Positions 1 to 10,500 of a stretch of 20,000 nt of DNA are shown one piece after another. Made by a program: the position numbers and the translations under genes. The DNA comes from an uncultured virus (IMG/VR IMGVR_UViG_3300030376_007133) (taxonomy: Duplodnaviria; Heunggongvirae; Uroviricota; Caudoviricetes): IMG/VR virus record IMGVR_UViG_3300030376_007133, one strand, 5' to 3'. The notes under the pieces are model-generated. The model made no database searches and was not told where the DNA came from. It was given only the letters and a program-made list of their open reading frames with translations. Numbering within the stretch: the stretch's first letter is position 1; each line of letters begins with the position of its first letter.

Positions 1-75
1 ATCAACATAAACATAATATTGTTTAATTTGACCATTTTCAACAGCTGTTTCTATTGTAAGGTTTCTATCTTTCAT
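1..75 (-). CDS. Partial ORF (5' end) directly downstream of portal gene, function unknown
   Basis: ATG at 75-73 overlaps the end of gp20 and reads MKDRNLTIETAVENGQIKQYYVYVD with no stop before the window edge. Only 25 codons are visible. Confidence 0.5.
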   Translation of the reverse strand, partial: MKDRNLTIETAVENGQIKQYYVYVD

Positions 76-1585
76 CTGGTTCTTCTTCATTATCAACTTC
101 ACCAGATGCAATTTCACCGTCAATTTCTTTCTTAATTCTTTTGATATCTTCATCATCTAACATAAGAATATTTTTCATGGCCCATTCTTTTGAATAGTAC
201 TGACCAATATAGTTCTGAGCTAAATCCATTGTTTGTAATCTTTCACGTATTAGTTCAGCATCTCTAAGTTCAGCAAAATGATTGTCATGTGCATATTCGA
301 CAACTAAATCATTTTCCCATTCTTTCCAATCTTCTTCAGCTATTACACCTTTTAATATAAGTTGCTTGCGAAGAATATCTAAGAAGAGAGCTGAGAATCT
401 ACGTCGTAGACGTTCAACAAACTTCTGAAATTTTAATTCGTCCCTATTGATCTCTGTCGATCTACCAAGTATATTAGCAGATTGATCTTGTTCAAGACGA
501 GATATAGGCACATTGAGAGACTTATATAAACGTTTCTGAAAATATAAGATATCATCTATTTGTCCGAGGTTCTCACCACCTGGTAATGTACTAATCTCTG
601 TACCACGGCCACCTTCTTTTCTTGGTAACCAAAAATCTTCAAGCATTGACATATGTTTACGATCATCTTTTAGTTTACCTGTTGTTTGATCATAAACAAG
701 CTTGTTACGATACTGAGTCATGATTTTCTTCATGTACTCTTCAGCTTTACCTGTTGGCATGTTACCTACATCGATATAAAAGATACGACGTTCAGGTGCA
801 CGTGCAAGACGATAGATGACTAGTGAGTCTTCCATCATTCTTAACTGGTTTAATGGCTTCAGTGATTTCTGAAGATATGATATAACTCTCTTACGATCTT
901 GATCTAATAGACCAGATGTAACATAACTCACGGCGTCTGTTGTAAGCTTAACGCCTTGCTTAGTTTGACCTGGTTTCTCTTGGTAAATAAAATGCTCGTC
1001 AACCTTTTCAATTAACTCAGCACCTGTGATCGGGTCTTTCTTCTTCTTAATTTCTTTTACTTTACGTATCTTCGTAGCATCAATAGGACGGATATCTTGG
1101 ATACCCATCTTCATATTTGCTTCGTTGACTACGAGATGATGATAAATTCGACCGTCTACATACCAACGACGGAAGATGTCATGCCCTAGTTCGTTAAACT
1201 TAAGCATTACACATATGTTTTGAAATTCTTCTGTTATATTCTTTTTAATCTTATCTGATACTTTAACATTATCCATATTCATAGATACGGTAGAACCATC
1301 ATCTGCGATAGATACTGATTCGTTAACAATGTCTTCAATAGCCGCATCAACTTCTGGATGCATAGCAACACCACGATATTGCTTAATCTTTAATATATTA
1401 TCTTTAAATTCATCACCGTCAATATTAACATATTGACCAAAGTGAGATCCGGATGCAGTTACGTAACCCGCGCCATCCTCATCGATGGGCGGTACAATAG
1501 AATCCATCTGATTCTTTTTAGAAGGCTTGTCTTGCTTTCTACGTATTTCAAATCCAAATAATGTAAATCCGTTATTCTCTGCCAT
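65..1585 (-). CDS. gp20: Portal vertex protein, T4 gp20-like
   Basis: 506 aa. Family motifs include LFGF at the N-terminus, FRRWYVDGRI, LRMMEDSLVIYRLARAPERRIFYIDVGN, MLEDFWLPRKEGGRGTEISTLPGG and EINRDELKF. Follows gp19 as in T4. Confidence 0.98.
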   Translation of the reverse strand: MAENNGFTLFGFEIRRKQDKPSKKNQMDSIVPPIDEDGAGYVTASGSHFGQYVNIDGDEFKDNILKIKQYRGVAMHPEVDAAIEDIVNESVSIADDGSTVSMNMDNVKVSDKIKKNITEEFQNICVMLKFNELGHDIFRRWYVDGRIYHHLVVNEANMKMGIQDIRPIDATKIRKVKEIKKKKDPITGAELIEKVDEHFIYQEKPGQTKQGVKLTTDAVSYVTSGLLDQDRKRVISYLQKSLKPLNQLRMMEDSLVIYRLARAPERRIFYIDVGNMPTGKAEEYMKKIMTQYRNKLVYDQTTGKLKDDRKHMSMLEDFWLPRKEGGRGTEISTLPGGENLGQIDDILYFQKRLYKSLNVPISRLEQDQSANILGRSTEINRDELKFQKFVERLRRRFSALFLDILRKQLILKGVIAEEDWKEWENDLVVEYAHDNHFAELRDAELIRERLQTMDLAQNYIGQYYSKEWAMKNILMLDDEDIKRIKKEIDGEIASGEVDNEEEPDER

Positions 1586-1597
1586 ATTCTTACCTAC

Positions 1598-1631
1598 AAA
1601 AAATAGTTTAGCAAAGGGCCTTTCGGCCCTT
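1598..1631 (-). terminator. GC-rich hairpin with GAAA tetraloop in the gp19-gp20 spacer; possible weak intrinsic terminator or 5' stabilising hairpin
   Basis: Minus strand reads AAGGGCC-GAAA-GGCCCTT (1631-1614), then TGCTAAACTA, then TTTTTT (1603-1598). The U-tract is offset from the stem. Confidence 0.6.
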
Positions 1632-1638
1632 CACATAT

Positions 1639-1646
1639 TATTTATA
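1639..1646 (-). promoter_or_regulatory. T4-type late promoter (gp55-dependent) upstream of gp20
   Basis: Exact TATAAATA on the minus strand, intergenic, 5 nt after the gp19 stop and oriented toward gp20. Confidence 0.8.
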
Positions 1647-1651
1647 ACTCC

Positions 1652-2179
1652 TTACGAAGTGGTATTTGACTCCCAGTACTGGATCGTGAAGGTAGTAATA
1701 AACTCTTCGATCGCTCCAGTGTTGTCATAATTAAGCTCTATTTCTCCAACTTCAGTAGGAAAAGATCCTCTGAAATCATATCGCTTAATTGATGTGCCGT
1801 CTCTATCTAATTGTTCTACAATTAAGTCAGCCTGGTAATCAGTTGGATTCACAAGACCAACGTTAGTCGTATGTCCATTTATACCATTCATCCATCTTTC
1901 CATTGCGTCACGTACATTAAAGTCTGTATCATTAATGACTGTAACTGTCCATGGTGCAAACGTACGTTCGCCAGCTATTTGTAACTGACGACCACGGAAA
2001 GCAATCGGTACAGCTTCAATAGTTGATGCCGGTAATTGAGCACCCTTACACATAAATGATGTCATTTCAACGTCACCAGCCGCATAGCCTGGAAAGTTAA
2101 TTGTTGCTTTAAACAGATTAGAGCGAGCGCCACCACCACGTAGTTTTGCTTTAAAATCATCTACTCCTAGAATAGCCAT
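1652..2179 (-). CDS. gp19: Tail tube protein, T4 gp19-like
   Basis: 175 aa. Motifs GGARSNLF, CKGAQLPAS, FRGRQLQIAGERTFAPWTVTVINDTDF and IEEFITTFTIQYW. Strong SD TAAGGAG at 2194-2188. Confidence 0.97.
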   Translation of the reverse strand: MAILGVDDFKAKLRGGGARSNLFKATINFPGYAAGDVEMTSFMCKGAQLPASTIEAVPIAFRGRQLQIAGERTFAPWTVTVINDTDFNVRDAMERWMNGINGHTTNVGLVNPTDYQADLIVEQLDRDGTSIKRYDFRGSFPTEVGEIELNYDNTGAIEEFITTFTIQYWESNTTS

Positions 2180-2200
2180 TTTGTTTTCTCCTTACCGCTA

Positions 2201-3925
2201 CTATATGCCAACTACTTCTTCGAAGTCAGCACCCGTTCTAGTCGCCACAAAATTCAATGTGATGAAGTTGATTGAGCGTGCTGGCTTGATGAAGAGTGTC
2301 GCCACAAATTCATTTCTATCAATTACTGAAGCGGTATTGTTTGTCTCATCACAGACTACTTTAAAGTCTGTAATACCACGTCGACCTTTTACTTCACGAA
2401 GTAGAGGTTCTACGTTATTCACAAATTCAGCTCGAGTAAACTCGTCGTTTAGTTCAAAGAGAGAAGCTTTAGCGAATTCACCGATTGCTTTTTCTAATGA
2501 TGTAAACAATCTACGAACATTAATACGATCAAATGCTGATGGTCTGTTCATGTGTGTTTTATCACCATAGAGCATTACTCCTTGTCCAGGAATATTTGCA
2601 ATAGGATTAACTGCCGCTTTATAGAGTGTATCTCTTTGAGCTTTTGTTGGTGAGTAAGCCAATGAAGTAATACCTAGGTAATTACCACGTCTTGTTCCAG
2701 CAGGAGATACCCATGGAGCAGCATTGTTATCTGTTGCGGCCATGATTCCGGCTGTTGAAGATGCGGCAGGTACCATGATATACCTGTCATTGTACTTATC
2801 GTATACTTTTAAGAAGTTGTTATCAACAACTAAGAATGAACCGAATGTGAAATCTTTCGCTGTTAATAGAGTATTTGTTACCATAGTAGCAGGATCTGCT
2901 ACTCCTACAATATCAGTTCTTGCCGGTGAAGCTACCGCTACACAATCTTTACGAGCAACTGCTGTTGCCATAATATCGTTTACAACCGTTACATGATCTG
3001 ATCTAGCGTTCATTGAATTAGAGAATAGAATATCTACGGGAATCGTATCTTCGTCTTCTAATGCATCAAAGGCTGTTTGCATAGTTCCAGCTGTATTAGC
3101 GTTTTGATTTACACCACCAGTTAAATCTATATTTAAGACGGCCGCAGGTGTTGTTAAGTAGTTTGTACCACTTGCCAATGCTGTACCGGCGTCTGCATCG
3201 AATCTCGATCCAGCTGTACCAAATCCAGCCATCCATACATAGGATGATCCTGTGTTTATAACGTCTTTAATATAGTTAGCAGTTCCATCTGCTTTCTTTG
3301 AGTCGGTTGCTAATGATACATGTGGAAATGTTTCTAAAACTCCACCCTTTGGACCAAAGTTTCCGCTAACGTCTACGACTGCAACATGTACTTCGTCATT
3401 TGTTGCACTCTCAGCAGCGGCTGATGTTGATGTTCCAGGGAATGTATCGAAATCTGATTTATATGCCCAACCATCAAAGGTTGTCTCATCTGCTGGACAT
3501 ACTGAAATTGTTAAACCAGTACCCAATGCGCCAGGATACTTTGCTATGAAAGTATGATTTGCGCCAGCGAGTGTTGATTCTTGTGCGTCCCATTCCATTG
3601 AATTTCCAATTGATGGGGCTGTTGCAGAGTCTGCGTCATATGCATTCTTTGCGTTTGCGTCTGTTGTCCGAACAACTTTCAAGTTATCGGCATATCGTAA
3701 ATAATATGCTGCGCTATGAAAGTCAACGGAGTTTGCATCGTCAGGTGCGGCAAAAGTTCCTACTAGTTCTGTTTCTGTTGCAACAGTCATAGGTACTCCT
3801 ACTGGTCCCCAACGAAAATCACCTACCGTACCACCGATTGTAGTGCTAGATGTACGAATACTTGTACTAGCATCAATCTCTTTGATTACTACGGCAGGAC
3901 TTGATGAAGGTACTCCAAGTGCCAT
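2201..3925 (-). CDS. gp18: Contractile tail sheath protein, T4 gp18-like
   Basis: 574 aa. Motifs SPAVVIKEID, FRWGP, AKYPGALG, PWVSPAG, GDKT, SAFDRINVRRLF, FELNDEFTR and KPARSINFITLNFVATRTG. Confidence 0.98.
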   Translation of the reverse strand: MALGVPSSSPAVVIKEIDASTSIRTSSTTIGGTVGDFRWGPVGVPMTVATETELVGTFAAPDDANSVDFHSAAYYLRYADNLKVVRTTDANAKNAYDADSATAPSIGNSMEWDAQESTLAGANHTFIAKYPGALGTGLTISVCPADETTFDGWAYKSDFDTFPGTSTSAAAESATNDEVHVAVVDVSGNFGPKGGVLETFPHVSLATDSKKADGTANYIKDVINTGSSYVWMAGFGTAGSRFDADAGTALASGTNYLTTPAAVLNIDLTGGVNQNANTAGTMQTAFDALEDEDTIPVDILFSNSMNARSDHVTVVNDIMATAVARKDCVAVASPARTDIVGVADPATMVTNTLLTAKDFTFGSFLVVDNNFLKVYDKYNDRYIMVPAASSTAGIMAATDNNAAPWVSPAGTRRGNYLGITSLAYSPTKAQRDTLYKAAVNPIANIPGQGVMLYGDKTHMNRPSAFDRINVRRLFTSLEKAIGEFAKASLFELNDEFTRAEFVNNVEPLLREVKGRRGITDFKVVCDETNNTASVIDRNEFVATLFIKPARSINFITLNFVATRTGADFEEVVGI

Positions 3926-3986
3926 GTGTTTTTTCCTTTTTAAATAATAAGATCTGTCATAATACGGCGGGTTTTCACTATGTTCT

Positions 3987-3994
3987 TATTTATA
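3987..3994 (-). promoter_or_regulatory. T4-type late promoter upstream of gp18
   Basis: Exact TATAAATA on the minus strand in the gp17-gp18 spacer, 5 nt after the gp17 stop. Confidence 0.85.
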
Positions 3995-3999
3995 ACTTA

Positions 4000-5586
4000 T
4001 TAAAAGTCTAGATCTGGCCTCTCTTCTATCTGCCAATGTCGTCTATCTTCATCTATTACTGGTACATGTGGTAAGCCATCATCCACAAAACCAAATGGTA
4101 ATACATCTGCTTCTATTTCTTTCATCCTTTGGTCGAATAACATTTCTTTTAAATTAATATCTGTCAATTCGCCAAAGTAATTAGTGCCTGCAAAATAACC
4201 AAACAGCACTAGATTCATCACTAAGTCATCATGATTACCTTGTGATGCTTCGTATGATTGACCTTTTGCCTCAAACGTAGATATTTCTAATATAGTTTGT
4301 TGATCAACGATCTCTAGTTTATTATTTTCTAGCAAATCTTTAAATGATGAGCAACCAATACGTTTAACCTTACGTGTCATCTCAATGCCTAAACCAGTAG
4401 ATTTAATCGCTGATTCAACATGAAAGTTTTCATATTCTAACTCATGGTATAATCCGTTACATACAACTTGCCCAGCATCATTTGCCTCTACAACCACATA
4501 AGCATTATTGTAGGCTTTTGCAAATTTATAAATAAAATCTGGGAAGAGAATAGGCGAGATAAGGTTATTGCGATAAACAGCAACCTGTTTAAAAGGCCTC
4601 GTGCTAATGTCGACTACATTAAAAGTACTATAGTCCTGGCCTCTTCCCTTCGCAACATCTACCGTTACAACATATTCGTGTTTAGGTACAACCTCCTCAT
4701 ATATTAGTGCATCACCTTTTACTTGTATTGGGTCCTTTGCTCTTAGACTCATAAGTGTTTCAGCATTGATTAACGTATCACCTGTACCAAAGAATGTATT
4801 ACCAAACTCTTGATCGAATTGCAATCGAGAAGTATTGGCAATAGTTTCTTCTTTCCACTTACTGTCCCGCCCGGGTACGTCCCACCAGTCAACTCTGAAC
4901 GGTTGAAACTGATTTGTTTTTTGTTGTGCTCCCTCCCAAATTTTATGGAAGACATTACCTATACCATTGGCGGTAGAAGTAATAATCACTTTTGTATCTT
5001 TACCTGATGAAATCACCGGATATGTTGATGTGAAAAATTGTGCATCATTCTCAACGAATGCAAACTCGTCTAAGAATAATAGGTTAATAGAAAGACCACG
5101 AATAGAGGAGCCTGATGTAGCTGCCGCAATGATCTTACTATTATTCGAAAATTCTAATGAACCTTTGTTTAAAGCTTTTGTACCAGGTTGTAAGAAGAAT
5201 GGCAGATTCTCTAACATAAGAGTAATACGTGCAAGCATCTCACGGGCAGTTGCGCCTTTGTTAGCTAGTACAGCCACTGTTTTTTCTGAGTGAAATAAAA
5301 CAAACCATAGAATATATGCAACAGATGAAATTGATTTACCGGACTGACGACAAGCCAATACGATATTAAATCTATGCTCATTGAAGTATTCGAACATTTT
5401 CTCTTGATAAGGATATAAATCGAAGTCAACTAAGCCTTCGTCAAGAGAAATAACTTTACAATATTCTCTCGCAAAGTGTATAGGATCTTGCATACACTTT
5501 TGATATTCTAGTATTTCTGCTTGGGACCATGAAGTGACAATACCGTCACGTTTAACATTGGAGTTCCCTAAGTAACCATCATTCAT
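4000..5586 (-). CDS. gp17: Terminase large subunit, T4 gp17-like
   Basis: 528 aa. Walker A region CRQSGKS, Walker B LLFLDEFAFV, coupling motif ITSTANG, nuclease motifs TVDVAKGRGQDYS and HDDLVM. Uninterrupted. Confidence 0.98.
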   Translation of the reverse strand: MNDGYLGNSNVKRDGIVTSWSQAEILEYQKCMQDPIHFAREYCKVISLDEGLVDFDLYPYQEKMFEYFNEHRFNIVLACRQSGKSISSVAYILWFVLFHSEKTVAVLANKGATAREMLARITLMLENLPFFLQPGTKALNKGSLEFSNNSKIIAAATSGSSIRGLSINLLFLDEFAFVENDAQFFTSTYPVISSGKDTKVIITSTANGIGNVFHKIWEGAQQKTNQFQPFRVDWWDVPGRDSKWKEETIANTSRLQFDQEFGNTFFGTGDTLINAETLMSLRAKDPIQVKGDALIYEEVVPKHEYVVTVDVAKGRGQDYSTFNVVDISTRPFKQVAVYRNNLISPILFPDFIYKFAKAYNNAYVVVEANDAGQVVCNGLYHELEYENFHVESAIKSTGLGIEMTRKVKRIGCSSFKDLLENNKLEIVDQQTILEISTFEAKGQSYEASQGNHDDLVMNLVLFGYFAGTNYFGELTDINLKEMLFDQRMKEIEADVLPFGFVDDGLPHVPVIDEDRRHWQIEERPDLDF

Positions 5587-5953
5587 CTTTTAATCGAGGC
5601 GTTAAATCAATAACGTTGTTAGCAGGCTTTTCGATTTTATCTACGTCCTGTAACATCCTTTGTAAATCAGTTGTAGAACCAATAAACAAATTATTATTTG
5701 TTGTGCCTTCAGCTTTCATAGGTATGTCATCATTTTTATTAATATCTTTGTTTTTCTTATTCAGGTCCATAAGCTTATCGTTTACATCACCGACATTCTT
5801 AATCATGCCAGATAATACTTCTATAGCACGAGGATGCTCGGACTGTTGAGCAATCTCAATAGCCAAGTCAAGGGCATCTTTGCCTTTCTCTATTAACTCA
5901 TAGTAAGTTTGTCGAGAATATTCATAGTCGTTTGCAATCTTATCGCTATCCAT
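5579..5953 (-). CDS. gp16: Terminase small subunit, T4 gp16-like
   Basis: 124 aa. Motifs DYEYSR, SEHPRAIEV and NNNLFIGSTTDLQRML. Overlaps the gp17 start by 8 nt. Confidence 0.95.
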   Translation of the reverse strand: MDSDKIANDYEYSRQTYYELIEKGKDALDLAIEIAQQSEHPRAIEVLSGMIKNVGDVNDKLMDLNKKNKDINKNDDIPMKAEGTTNNNLFIGSTTDLQRMLQDVDKIEKPANNVIDLTPRLKDE

Positions 5954-5960
5954 AATTCAC

Positions 5961-6749
5961 CTATAAGCTGCTATCACCAACATACTTTGTATTATAACCT
6001 GGAAATAACGGATCGTCAGGAGTTCTACTAAAGAATTTAGGTGTATATTCTACACTAAATGCAAACCCAGCTGAATCTGCTTGATCTAAATCATAATTGA
6101 CAATAGACTTTTGTATAACACTTTTACCGGCATCTATAGGACCGTAAAAAGCTGTTTTCATTTCAAAGTCTAAAACATATTGTAATACACTTCTATCTTG
6201 TAATGGTCCTTCAAAATCAGAAAGATAAGAAACACCTTGTAAAGTAATTGGTATATCTTCTAACAAATCAGTATAATCATCAAAAGGTTTCATAGTCAAT
6301 GTATATTGTGGACTAAAGAACGGTAAAATCTGCTCTACTACTTGTAATGCATCATCTTGTGCTTTTGCGTATATAGTCAAAGAAAATGTTATATTATATG
6401 GTACAGATCTTGTAACCACATCTTTTTTAGAACCTTCATCACTAATTGTATTATTATGAAATGTTTTATTTAATTTTTGTAATTGTCTTGTATCATCATA
6501 AATGTACGATGTAATCTCAAAAGACATACGAGGTAGTTTAAGAGCAACGGCCTCATCTCTTTGTATATCTTGAATGCCTTGGATTCGTTCTATGTACTTA
6601 TCACGAGGCGCATATGCTAATGGTACTCTTATAGTACTAATTACTGCACCAGACGAATCTTTACGAAGTATGTATAATTGCGTAAATAGAGAACCAAATG
6701 CTGCTACGCATTTTCTAACCTTCTGATGATAAAAATGAGGGCCGAACAT
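5961..6749 (-). CDS. gp15: Tail sheath stabiliser / tail terminator, T4 gp15-like
   Basis: 262 aa. Motifs MFGPHFYH, FGSLF, VPLAYAP, LPRMSFE, VPYNITFSL, QVVEQILPFFSP and FYGP. Immediately precedes gp16. Confidence 0.96.
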   Translation of the reverse strand: MFGPHFYHQKVRKCVAAFGSLFTQLYILRKDSSGAVISTIRVPLAYAPRDKYIERIQGIQDIQRDEAVALKLPRMSFEITSYIYDDTRQLQKLNKTFHNNTISDEGSKKDVVTRSVPYNITFSLTIYAKAQDDALQVVEQILPFFSPQYTLTMKPFDDYTDLLEDIPITLQGVSYLSDFEGPLQDRSVLQYVLDFEMKTAFYGPIDAGKSVIQKSIVNYDLDQADSAGFAFSVEYTPKFFSRTPDDPLFPGYNTKYVGDSSL

Positions 6750-7552
6750 TACTTACCTATCCTTAGCATATAATCGGTATTAACAAAATCTGCTTTACCA
6801 AATATTTTTTCTGCCGTTATGTCTGCATTTTTATGATATTTATCAGCCATTTCATCTAAAAAGTTTTCTAAATCATTAGCATGAGGTAAATCGTGCTTAG
6901 CAATTCTATCGGTTGTATGTTTAATATATCCTGAAACTTCTGTAATAGCTACTTGTGGATGTATACCAAATTGTTGCATATACTCAATAGTAGATGCTGA
7001 AGCTCTAGAACCATTAATTAAGTTACGATACATCAATTCAAATGATCGTCTTACGTGATGTCTCTTTTCTTCCTTTTCAAATGATTCTTCATCCCATTCA
7101 TCAATGCCATAATTTTCTTTTATATTTTCATAGTTATCAATCAAAGTTGCAATATCTTTTATAGAGCCATTTATTTTATTTTCTAACATAACTAAACCGT
7201 GTCTAGCATGCTTTAGCTCAGCTTCTGCAACTGCACCATCTTTACCTTCTAATTCCAAAATTCTCATACGAGTTTTCGCATGATTTACTTGTGATTCAGA
7301 TAATGCCATTTTTCTTTTTTCTACTTCAGCTGTGATTTGTCTTAACATTCTATATGGCGAATGACCATTTAGCATAGTAAGAGTCATCATAGACAAAGTA
7401 GTTTGAGAATTACTTCGATCAAACGCACGTGTAACACGATCTATTTCTGGTAATTTTTCTGCTACTCTTGCCGCAGCAACTTGATTTATATTTTCTGATG
7501 CTTCTAACGGCAAAGAAAAGGTAATCGGTTTTTGTATCACATTATTTTTCAT
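6749..7552 (-). CDS. Hypothetical alpha-helical/coiled-coil protein, possibly an assembly factor for the upstream fibre-like proteins
   Basis: 267-aa ORF with SD AGGAG. Its stop overlaps the gp15 start (TAATG at 6751-6747). Charged, heptad-like central region (RQITAEVEKRKMALSESQ...IKDIATLIDNYENIKE). Function is inferred from context only. Confidence 0.8.
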   Translation of the reverse strand: MKNNVIQKPITFSLPLEASENINQVAAARVAEKLPEIDRVTRAFDRSNSQTTLSMMTLTMLNGHSPYRMLRQITAEVEKRKMALSESQVNHAKTRMRILELEGKDGAVAEAELKHARHGLVMLENKINGSIKDIATLIDNYENIKENYGIDEWDEESFEKEEKRHHVRRSFELMYRNLINGSRASASTIEYMQQFGIHPQVAITEVSGYIKHTTDRIAKHDLPHANDLENFLDEMADKYHKNADITAEKIFGKADFVNTDYMLRIGK

Positions 7553-7560
7553 AATATCTC

Positions 7561-10500
7561 CTATTGAGGTGTACCTGAACTACCACTATTATAATATTGT
7601 CTTATAACCATTTCGCCAAAGTCTGCTGCATTGCCAAGAGTTTGAATAGTTATATATTGAATTTCATCATGAGTTGTTATGTAGCCTTGTGAATTATATG
7701 CACGTACTCCACCTGCCATGACTCCTCTATAATAGTTTGACATACCAGCCATACCAGTCATTGTTTTAGTTAAATCTCCAAAGTCAGATGCATTCCCAGG
7801 AGTAGCTATAGTTATATAATCAATAGTGTTTGTATAATTCAATAGATGATCCGCATCACCAGTAAATCCACCTGCAAATATTCCTCTTGTTTCATCTTGC
7901 ATAGAGGCTGTTCTAAATTTGTTTGTAGTTAAATCTCCAAAGTCCTGAGAATTACCTGTTGTTGCAATAGTTACATAATGCAAATCGTTTGTTCTTTGAA
8001 AAGTAGATCCGTCATGATATGTTCCTCTTTGAAAAATACCATACGTAGCATTAGATATTCCGTTATTACCACCGCCATTAACTATTGCATCACCGAAATC
8101 AGCTGCATTTCCAGTTGTTGCAATTGTAATATAATCTATTGCGTCTTGATTAACTGATCCCTGTACACCACCAGCCCATAGTCCTCTATTACCATCTGAA
8201 GCAGAGCTTCTACTTGCTGTCGCAACTGTTTGATCGCCGAAGTAAGAAGCAGATGCAGGATTAGCTGAATTTATATAGTCTAGTGCAGTAGTTGATCCAG
8301 AAGAATCGATATAATTATATACAATTCTCCCTGCATCGCCACTACTTACAGCGCATACATGTTTTGAACTTACACCACTAGCGTCACCAAAAGAGACAGC
8401 ATTTCCTTTATTGTTAATATCGATATATTGATTGATGTTATCTGGAGTTTGGCCTGAACCATTTTCGCCATTAAATATAATACCTCTATCACCAGAATAT
8501 GAATTAGTTACTGTTTTAATTATTGTTTTACCAGTTGGTCTTGCTTGTTGCCAGTTTTGTCCATAATGGCTTAAATTATATTTAGAGACACTAGAATTAG
8601 AAGTAGTCATGTTAGTCATTGTTTTAGAAATCAATGATGTACCTGGTCTTACCTGTAATCTATTAGATGCGCTCTCGGTATTATTAACATCTTCGATATG
8701 TAAGTGAATTCCATGCCTATCAGCTTGTTGTTGAATTTGATTTTCTCCTGGTACGTTACTATCATAATAGCCTACCGGCAAAGTATTTGGTAACTTTGCT
8801 AACCATAAATTATGATTCGATGTATATAAAGAATCCTCATAATCACCTGATAAAATTAGATTATTATTTGCATCGATATTGACGTCTCCGATTGCAAAAT
8901 AACCAGCATGAGCTCTAATTTTCTTCTGATCTAATAAATTACCATCTGAATCATACTTTAAAATAATATTAAATTGTTCCGCAGGATCGGCCGCCTCTGA
9001 TGCTTTAATGCCATTAAAAAATAAATTACCATCATCATCAACAGCAGCATTATATGTTATACCTGTATACGCATTTGGTTCTGAATGGTTATATACTCTT
9101 TGCCACTTGATAGCTCCAGTATCCTTATCTAATTTTACAACTGATGGTCTAATATCACCCGGACCTTGCATAGAATATCCAGTTAATACAGGATCTCCGC
9201 TTTTAAATAAGTTTAAATCATATAACATATCAGATACATCATCAATACTATCATTAGTTTGAAGACAGCTATGCCATTGTAGTTCACCTACTGAATCTGT
9301 TTTAAATGCTAAGGCATAATTTCCTGAGCCAATATAATTTTGATTAGAGTCATATAATGATCTACCATTATATGATGTTCCGTAGATATTATCAGAATCA
9401 TCTAACTTTACAATTGTACCTACTAAACTATTACCTCTAAAATTCGGTACTGTAAAGTCTGAATCAGTCTCCCACCCAATTTGTTTAGACCATATAGGTG
9501 TACCACTAGTGTTAATCTTTGCTAATGTCATATTAGCAAAACTACCGCCTGAGTTAATGGGGTATGTATTTGTTTGTATTTTAGATTCACCTAATACGAC
9601 AGCATTATCATTTGTATCTACATCAACTCCACGTAGTTTAACACCATTGCCTGCGCTTTGAGCTGTATTATCATAAAAAATCTTTTTATATTCAATATTA
9701 CCTCCTGAGCTTATTTTTGTAATAAGACCAGGACCCCAAGTTTTAGTATGCCAATCTTCACCTACCGTAATTGAATTATTATTTGTATCTACTACCATAT
9801 CATATGGAAAATTATCATCTACATTTTGATTGTTATTCCAATAATATCCCCATAATTTATTGCCATATGTATCATATGATGATACAAACATATCTTTATC
9901 AGAAAAAGATACACCCGATACTATTATATTTCCTTCACCATCTCCAACTATATTATATGATTTTTCATCTGCTAAATTTGAAAAATTATCTATTCTTTGC
10001 CAACCTTCGGACGGAGCACCTCTTGTTAAAAATGCATTTGATTTAAATGGAAATTCATAATCATCATCAAATAATACAGCTGAATCTAAATCTGTCCATA
10101 TTCGTGATTGATAATAAGAACGATAATCTCTTAAATCTGTACCCATAGCAGGTTTATCAGTAACTCGTGATGCCCCGCTATTTGTAAATGTCGCATTACC
10201 TGTTAAATCTGTATAACCATTAGCATCGGCAACAATTAATGTCTTAGTGCCAGTATTTAGAGTATCATCTTTAATAGTAGGTCTAGCTAAACTAGGAACA
10301 AATGGGCCAGGATATTTTACATAATGATGAATTGCAAAGTCTCTAATATAGACACCATCTGAATATCCGTCATTTCTACCAAAAGTCCAAGTTGAATTAC
10401 CTTTTTGAGTTGGCAATTGATACCAGTTACTACCTGCTACTAAACCATCTACATAGCCTATAAGAGCACCACGTTGTCCGTGAGAGTCTGCACCCACGTA

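Noticed and set aside
4527..4534. Exact TATAAATA on the + strand inside gp17
   Set aside because: It is antisense and intragenic with no credible downstream gene, and such a match is expected by chance in AT-rich DNA.
4000..5586. Intron, intein or homing endonuclease in terminase, sheath or portal genes
   Set aside because: These genes are continuous and of normal or compact length, with no splicing or endonuclease motifs.
65..7563. Stop-codon reassignment
   Set aside because: TAG, TAA and TGA all end genes at expected positions, and the core genes are intact under the standard code.
7768..7944. 17-nt direct repeat GTTAAATCTCCAAAGTC, considered as a possible DGR template/variable repeat or CRISPR-like repeat
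   Set aside because: It is explained by the encoded DFGDLT protein repeat. There is no long near-identical pair with adenine-specific mismatches, no reverse transcriptase and no regular spacer array.
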